This document shows positions 58,601-64,000 of a DNA stretch of 64,000 nt, piece after piece; the first letter of the stretch is position 1; every line of letters begins with the position of its first letter. Under the pieces are notes generated by a model. The model was given only the letters and a program-made list of their open reading frames with translations, was not told where the DNA came from and did not search any database. The DNA is from an uncultured virus (IMG/VR IMGVR_UViG_3300017989_000063) (taxonomy: Duplodnaviria > Heunggongvirae > Uroviricota > Caudoviricetes), in IMG/VR virus record IMGVR_UViG_3300017989_000063; one strand, written 5' to 3'. A program made the translations under genes and the position numbers.

Positions 58601-60369
58601 CCTGGGCCGAAGGAGACTTCGTTCCTCAGTACTCGGTGCTCACCAAGGGCGTGCGCGTCAGGGACTACGTGGATGAGCCGGACTGGTTCGTCATGGGCGG
58701 CGTCAGCCTCATCTCCGAGGTCGAGAAGTTCCACTCGTTCCAGATCCTGACGAATGCAAGCCTCGTCGACACCAACGACACCAGCTTCGTCTACGAGTTC
58801 GCTCGCGCCATCAAGCCGGTGTGGACGAAGCTCGTCTTCGTCGTGTCGAAATGGTTCCGGGACGACGTCATCGTCGAGGACGACTTCAGCCTCAACGTCC
58901 CCTACATGCTGTACGACACGCCGGGCTTCGGAATCGAGGCCTGCATCCGCGAGGACAACTTCAACGAGGCGTCCTTGCTGAACGCCCCGCTCGAGAGCGA
59001 CACCCTTCGGACAATCACACTGGAGATCGGTAGCGACCTGCGCACCACCAACGGCAGTCCAGTCGTCCAGATCTCCCAGGGAGTCGTCTACCCGCTCCCG
59101 TTCGCCAAGCACGGCGCTCCGACGATGTTCCCTGGCGACATCCTCTACATCCTGGAGGGTCCGAACACAGGGAAGTACGTCATCGACGACATCCCCGTGG
59201 ACCTGTCCAACGATACCGACATCGAGCTCTACACGACCCCGGAGTACTTCACCGGACGCAACCCCCTCAACTTCGAGACACTGGAGAACCAGCGCTACCA
59301 GGTGATGCGGAGGGTGAGCTACACGCCTGTGGAGTTCACCGCGGTCAGCTGCGTGCTCAACTCTCCCATCGTGACCCTCGATCTGTGGTCCAACCTGCCG
59401 TTCGCTCCTGCCCCGGTGCCGATTCCGGCCCCAGACCTCTTCCAGGCCGGTGTGATGGCCGACGACGTGCTCCTCATCGGGTATCCGGGTATTGGTCCGT
59501 CTCTGAACCAGGGCCGATACCGCATCAAGAGCATCAGCAGCAGCGGATCCTGGCCGATTCCGGGCGGCAACTTCCAGCAGGACGTGCTCGAGGTGGAGCC
59601 GTTGGACTGGCCTCCGAATCCTCCATGGTGGACGGGCACTGGGATGGTGGCCAACAGCGGAGGAGCTCCTGGAACGGCCGAGTTCGCTCGGATCGTCCGT
59701 GAGTCGCTGCTTGCCAACCCCATTGAGATCCTCGGAGCGTCCCCGGCGGTGTCTGCGGCCGGGAGATACCTCACCTACGGCACCGACAGGCTCGCCCAGA
59801 GCGTCATCAGGCCTGGGGACGAGTTCTGGCAGTTCTACAACAACCCCGTGGTGGACGATCGGGCCGTGATGGGGCTCCGATTCAGAGTCCTGGACGTGGA
59901 TTTCACGACGGGGCGCATCTACGTGTCTCCTCCGCCCACCCTGGCCGACGAAGGGTCGCCTCCGGAGCTCGTTCTGGTGCGTCCCAACAAGCGGTGGCTC
60001 AACGGGAGGTGGTGGTTCTACACCTACCCCGTGGATAGGCACGAGTACCAGTACTTCTCCTCGGATCTGGCGGCATCGAAGGTGCTTCGAGACCTTCCCG
60101 AGGACGTCATCGAGGTCTCCATCCAAGGAACGACCTTGAGCATCGTCAACGGGAGTGATACGGTCTCCTTGGTTGGCCAGAATGTGAACGATCTCAACAT
60201 CAATGCGGGCGACTGGCTGGACATCTTGAGCGGAGTGGCAGAGAATGGGTCCAGCATCGTGGTCATCGAGGTCGCTCCGGGAGCTGTGGTGACGGACTTG
60301 AGGGTGAGCCGCAACCTGACGGGGACGGAGGCTCCCTTGGACTATCGAATTCGGCGGGTGAAGCGATGA
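55642..60369 (+). CDS. Large baseplate/tail protein with an N-terminal PKD/REJ-like Ig domain
   Basis: LDGRRSYDPEG.TITYRWSL..P.GS..GAYELQLIVNDG; IKPVWT as in gpI-like C-terminal domains. Confidence 0.65.
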   Translation: MPPRYNFYGYRVAPRNEKPVALISPEDEQTNSLGSIIKLDGRRSYDPEGATITYRWSLTKIPLGSKVTDSDLIYLEDDFSVVTFLPDRIGAYELQLIVNDGVQDSDPALSVVNIQLSLVPLCNPTAPDASWIWGTLSDFWSFVADREWVEDVWSALIQIVGSEVLRLYQLDYNKSIRDIQDYVRRRWLPYSARWDFEDDEYPYLVIGNQDYGVDAATGSLGLIGTGALIGNREILMVEGAASPKYVGSNVDIMSSASSPGNVGTYEITGIGPSSQTYVLSALTPLPSIADEVLLEAFNAATTAGSTEVSIPGAALLSLSPTPEPGDVLKVFSGADAGYYRIDTLTDDAVFLTQRMKATAAALHIQILNSVDLEIGAVNEGDFTDTISVPLATDPDDITDLGLADFTTLNTSEISGIATIIGAREVLVPDHLVFDDAPGRTLVVRSGTNRGEYTISGINATRTGYLCTSANFTGEFPQTAVSITIRGVRASAGRIIVIGNRAYTISRVYNETARMEPRTVAVISQKSLAPSLQGRAWRIPATLVTQSNLEDLGVRAGDQLMLEITRSDTQKTAEYPVAVLGVDENRLGFEMSVGPFSASEPGSPTEEEILSLVSQLGLEGANKNLITNQWEYSDEVAEVAGTIQSEGFANKFFNVPISETTIVDLGLFTVSIKPTYIIRNSLIPVDTEVASIPCLCEFIQDPELTDDQVPSQVLMNGEVEELGFFPVCLRENADYVLESDSEIYGSDATIVAGSSSIYLPRSDLFGRRVEVGDTIIVTDSVAAGDYSIVEVVDEENAIIYPTPIASDDDARYVIVRRVPGRFLRFYGYYTPRMPAPDRLWAENTFFDNGQAIEDNFGYMVGLSRQDLLDIGSELSYKSAVSGLMYSWAHGPTLKNVELGAQILLGFPYADTDGYITEIRNDYQTDEDGFPILGRMLFDEVRDGERTGIIRAFFYPPHVTETDPDTGQLIDITDPLTTGLADNPDTGQTWAEGDFVPQYSVLTKGVRVRDYVDEPDWFVMGGVSLISEVEKFHSFQILTNASLVDTNDTSFVYEFARAIKPVWTKLVFVVSKWFRDDVIVEDDFSLNVPYMLYDTPGFGIEACIREDNFNEASLLNAPLESDTLRTITLEIGSDLRTTNGSPVVQISQGVVYPLPFAKHGAPTMFPGDILYILEGPNTGKYVIDDIPVDLSNDTDIELYTTPEYFTGRNPLNFETLENQRYQVMRRVSYTPVEFTAVSCVLNSPIVTLDLWSNLPFAPAPVPIPAPDLFQAGVMADDVLLIGYPGIGPSLNQGRYRIKSISSSGSWPIPGGNFQQDVLEVEPLDWPPNPPWWTGTGMVANSGGAPGTAEFARIVRESLLANPIEILGASPAVSAAGRYLTYGTDRLAQSVIRPGDEFWQFYNNPVVDDRAVMGLRFRVLDVDFTTGRIYVSPPPTLADEGSPPELVLVRPNKRWLNGRWWFYTYPVDRHEYQYFSSDLAASKVLRDLPEDVIEVSIQGTTLSIVNGSDTVSLVGQNVNDLNINAGDWLDILSGVAENGSSIVVIEVAPGAVVTDLRVSRNLTGTEAPLDYRIRRVKR

Positions 60370-60902
60370 GATTCTCGGATCCAGTCACTGTCGAGTGCAA
60401 CTTCAGGATGTTCGCCACTGAGCGAGGAAAGATCGTCCGAGGGTCGCTCCGAGAGGGGCACAACGTCTGGACCGTGACCGGCCGCACCTATCTCGCGCAG
60501 TCGATCGCCTACAGCGACTACGCCGCGCTCACCCCCATCCGTAGCGACAAGGTCTTCTACATGGGTCTGGGCTCCGGAGCGCAGCCGGAGGTGGCCTCCG
60601 TCGAGGCTCTGGCAAACCCCGTCCCCTACCTCACCAACCAGTACATGAAGCCGATCCAGTCGGCCGAGTTCCCCACGGACCCGATCACCTCGGTGGCGTT
60701 CAACACCGAGTTCCTCGAGGGTGAGATCAGCATCGGCGCCGGCGCCTCGGTCGAGCTGCGAGAGGCCGGCCTCTACACCGAGAACGAGTCGGGTCACGTC
60801 TCCGACGGGCTCGGCGCCCCGGTCGCGTACAAGAACTTCGAGCCGCTGGTGAAGACCACGCAGTTCCGACTGCAGGTGCGGTGGGAGATCAGATTCCGAT
60901 GA
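60366..60902 (+). CDS. Tail-fibre attachment/baseplate protein (gpH N-terminus-like)
   Basis: HNVWTVTGR..YMGLGSG..LREAGLY..K..LQVRWEIRF. Confidence 0.6.
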   Translation: MRFSDPVTVECNFRMFATERGKIVRGSLREGHNVWTVTGRTYLAQSIAYSDYAALTPIRSDKVFYMGLGSGAQPEVASVEALANPVPYLTNQYMKPIQSAEFPTDPITSVAFNTEFLEGEISIGAGASVELREAGLYTENESGHVSDGLGAPVAYKNFEPLVKTTQFRLQVRWEIRFR

Positions 60903-63900
60903 GAGACTACACCGTCCTTCGTCGACCGATGCTCACGGGGAGGACTCCCACCCCGCGAGAAGGTACCCCCTACATCCAGGGCTCGAGGACATTCGCCCAG
61001 ATTGGGGATCCCGTCTTCAGTCTGCTGGACACGACCGGCGGCCTGGTCTGGAAGCTGCGGGTGGCGGCATGGAACCCGTTTGGTGCCGACCTCGATGTGA
61101 CGGTGACCATCACCTCGGACCTCATCACGGACGTCGTCGACGACATCAACGGCTCGGCGCTGAACACGGTCCTCACCGCCAGGATGGCAGGCCGCTCGGT
61201 CGCCCTCGAGCACAAGTACGCCGACGACCGATCCTACATCTGGGTGCGCAAGCCAACCCTCACGCCCCCTCTCGACAGGGACGCTGCGTACCCTCTAGGG
61301 TTCGGAGTGGAGGACGACCCGTTCGCCTACGTGGCCGGTGGGGACGTCCGCTTCAGCTTCGGTGAGATCGACGACACAGGTCAGTACCGGGTGACTGGCC
61401 CAGGCACGGCGGCCCACGACTTCGGGTCGGACTGGACCGCGGTCGGCTTCAACCGCCAGGTCGACCTCCTGTCTCGGGAGCTCGACCGCCAGGATGCTCG
61501 AGGACGCCGACACGTCGGCCACGACAGCCTCATCCCGGTCAACTTCGCCGGGTACCCCCACACCATCAAGCAGGTGACGGGCGCCGACCCGCTCTGGTAT
61601 CGCTCCTCGAGGCCGCTGGGGTGGTACTACGCCGTCGAGATCGATCCGACCGAGTTCGTGTTCCTGTACGACAAGCCGAACTACGCGGTCGACCCCGTGG
61701 ACGACTGGATGGAGCTCCTCCACGAGAGGTATGCCATCCTCGACCAGTGGGGCAACGAGATCCTGGGCTACACCGGCAACGCCTGCAGCGTCATCGCAGT
61801 CACCCGGGGCGATCCGGACGTGGGCATCAACCCGGACTTCATCAACGCCTCCTGGCAGGCGGACACGGATGGTGCCGGGGCCGCCGGCGTGCGCTGGCAG
61901 GCCGATGGAGGCACCAACCTCCTCGGCGTGACTACCGTCAAGGAGATCGACGCCGCCGGTACCACAGCCGCGACCATCGGAGACATCTACTACGGGACCG
62001 CCATCCGCGTGGTGGACGGATCCGGAGACCCCATCGACCTCGCGGGCTACATCGAGCCGGGAGATGTCGCCACCATCACCGGGCACCCCGACGATGCGCA
62101 GCCGTTCAACCACAATGGCAGCTACCTCGTCGAGCGCGTGGTCAAGGACCCGCTGCTGGACGTCAGCTCAGTGGTGTTCTTGCGGCCGACAGCTCCCCCG
62201 ACAGGAGATCCGGAGGAGAGCCGCGGAGTACTCAACCACCGGACGGCCGGGGGATTCGGCAACGTCTCGTTCTACGCCGGCGGACACTTCTCGGACCATG
62301 TCTGGTTGATGATCGACCCGCCGATCCCTCCGTGGTACACGGACATCTACCTGCGCGTCGGTCTCCGGGGGGAGTCGTCCTACCCGAGCGAGGACAGCTA
62401 TCTGACGGACGTCGAAGCCCAGGGCGCCACCGCGCTCGAGCAGCTCAACATCCTTCGGATGAAGGGCACCTGGGTGTCGACGACCCTGGACTGGCTCGCC
62501 GACCCGTTCACTGTGGGCCAGCCCGACCCAGGGATGCCGCCGTTCACCTACACCCCGCCCACGGGATTCCCGGGCGACAACCAGCTCTCGATGGAGGACC
62601 TCGGGTACCGAATGGACCTGCAGGGCATCTACCAGGGCATGGCCCGACAGGCCGGAGGAGGTTCCTGGGCCGGTATCGACAGCGAGCCGTTCGAGACCAT
62701 GTCGATGCACGGTACCCAGCTCCCGCAGCGCAAGGACGGCGCGCTCGTCACGACCATCAACAACGTGATCGCCAGGGTGAGCTTCGCCAGGGATGGTCTC
62801 TTCTTGAGCTCGCCGACCACGGACTTCCGGTTCGACCAGCTCGGCGATATGGTCAAGTTCACCTACCTGCACCCCGACCTCGGCATCAACCTGGTGGCGT
62901 CCCTGCGGCTGACCAACTACGTGCTGCCGACCCAGATGTACGCCAAGCTCGACCATGTGATGGCCGAGCTCGCTCCGGGCACCCTCATCGAGGACGCTCC
63001 GGCCAGCGGGAAGGTGGACATCGAGATCCGTCAGGGAGGGAGCCACTGGAAGCGTGGGATCCTGGAGTCCAGCATCGGGCGAGGAGAGGGCACGGTCCCC
63101 AGGGCATCGACTGTCGCTACGGAGGTCTCGGCCTCGGACGCATACGAGTTCTCGCACGGGGACACCCACGACATGTTGCTGGTCGATGCCCCGATGGAGT
63201 GCGAGCTCAACACCGACGGCACCATCACGTTCGACGACGGAGGGTTCGGGTTCGGATACCAGCTCCTCGGCATCTTCCTGTGGGGAGGCGGCTACTGGGG
63301 GATGTTCCCCACTCCGATCCACCTCGAGTTCGTGCCAAATGCGGGAGGAGATGGCGGCGGCCGCTACGCCGTAGAGAAGATCCTCACACGGAGCGACATC
63401 ACCGGAGTCGTGACTGCGCAGCTGTGCGAGGTGGGGGTTCCGGGATCGTTCTCAGGTCCGACCAACAACGGAACGACCGGGTACTGCTTCCTGTTGTCTG
63501 GGCAGGGGTACTACAACACGATCCCCTACCACGATGTCGATGAGGACGATGAGGTCAACTCCAGCTTCTTCGCCCGGGCCTCGTTCAGCGGTCCCGGAAT
63601 CACCGGAGACGCCACGTTCGACCAACCTGCGTTCTGGGGCCGCGCCTGCGTCCCAGCTGGGAGGGGCTTCGGGGCTGCCTGGCAGCCGACGGACTCGTTC
63701 CCCATCTTCGTTGGGCAGGTGCACCAGCCATACTGGGGCGACTCGTGGTGGCCTGCGCTGGGATCTGCGCTCTTCGAGCACCATGGCGAGATCTGGGAGT
63801 CCTCCACTCGCGTGAAGGCCAACCAGAACGTGCTGGGTGAGACCGTCGTCGGTAGGTTCTATGGGCAAGGGGCTGATGGTTCCGGGGCCGGTGGCTTCTT

Positions 63901-64000
63901 CCAGAGCATCCCCTACGAGGCCGGTCCTCCGGTGGGCAACCCCGGCAGTCCAGCTCTTGGGGCGTGGGGCGAGGACGTCGTCCGGACGACGGACATGCTG
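60899..64000 (+). CDS. Large tail/tail-fibre protein, truncated by the window end (>=1034 aa)
   Basis: ATGA overlap; MRDYTVLRRPMLTG...; the same frame is still coding at the window end. Absent from the ORF track because it has no stop. Confidence 0.75.
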   Translation, partial: MRDYTVLRRPMLTGRTPTPREGTPYIQGSRTFAQIGDPVFSLLDTTGGLVWKLRVAAWNPFGADLDVTVTITSDLITDVVDDINGSALNTVLTARMAGRSVALEHKYADDRSYIWVRKPTLTPPLDRDAAYPLGFGVEDDPFAYVAGGDVRFSFGEIDDTGQYRVTGPGTAAHDFGSDWTAVGFNRQVDLLSRELDRQDARGRRHVGHDSLIPVNFAGYPHTIKQVTGADPLWYRSSRPLGWYYAVEIDPTEFVFLYDKPNYAVDPVDDWMELLHERYAILDQWGNEILGYTGNACSVIAVTRGDPDVGINPDFINASWQADTDGAGAAGVRWQADGGTNLLGVTTVKEIDAAGTTAATIGDIYYGTAIRVVDGSGDPIDLAGYIEPGDVATITGHPDDAQPFNHNGSYLVERVVKDPLLDVSSVVFLRPTAPPTGDPEESRGVLNHRTAGGFGNVSFYAGGHFSDHVWLMIDPPIPPWYTDIYLRVGLRGESSYPSEDSYLTDVEAQGATALEQLNILRMKGTWVSTTLDWLADPFTVGQPDPGMPPFTYTPPTGFPGDNQLSMEDLGYRMDLQGIYQGMARQAGGGSWAGIDSEPFETMSMHGTQLPQRKDGALVTTINNVIARVSFARDGLFLSSPTTDFRFDQLGDMVKFTYLHPDLGINLVASLRLTNYVLPTQMYAKLDHVMAELAPGTLIEDAPASGKVDIEIRQGGSHWKRGILESSIGRGEGTVPRASTVATEVSASDAYEFSHGDTHDMLLVDAPMECELNTDGTITFDDGGFGFGYQLLGIFLWGGGYWGMFPTPIHLEFVPNAGGDGGGRYAVEKILTRSDITGVVTAQLCEVGVPGSFSGPTNNGTTGYCFLLSGQGYYNTIPYHDVDEDDEVNSSFFARASFSGPGITGDATFDQPAFWGRACVPAGRGFGAAWQPTDSFPIFVGQVHQPYWGDSWWPALGSALFEHHGEIWESSTRVKANQNVLGETVVGRFYGQGADGSGAGGFFQSIPYEAGPPVGNPGSPALGAWGEDVVRTTDML

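Noticed and set aside
61621..63543. 640-aa Arg-rich + strand ORF
   Set aside because: It is an off-frame shadow of the real gene that starts at 60899 and runs past the window end.

Overview
High-GC segment of a large tailed bacteriophage genome, probably a contractile-tailed (myovirus-like) large or jumbo phage; the host cannot be assigned from this window. Bases 1-11.7 kb are mostly minus-strand accessory genes and RNAs. They include a tmRNA, a tRNA-like RNA, an XRE regulator and a collagen-like lipoprotein, and most transcription units follow a repeated phage-specific ATAAG promoter-like motif. Bases 11.8-64 kb are mostly plus-strand. They hold a glycan-modification island, a frameshifted tail chaperone, a GroES-like protein, an M15 endolysin, a tape measure protein, a sigma factor and very large baseplate/tail proteins. 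The standout is at 1-2580: a minus-strand operon with a stand-alone Cas7/RAMP-like gene, a translationally coupled accessory gene and a non-coding array of at least 22 units. The units are 5-nt periodic (GGY-NN on the transcribed strand) and punctuated by GGC-CGTC. This is a candidate non-CRISPR RNA-guided system. Protein calls come from motif recognition by eye, not database searches.
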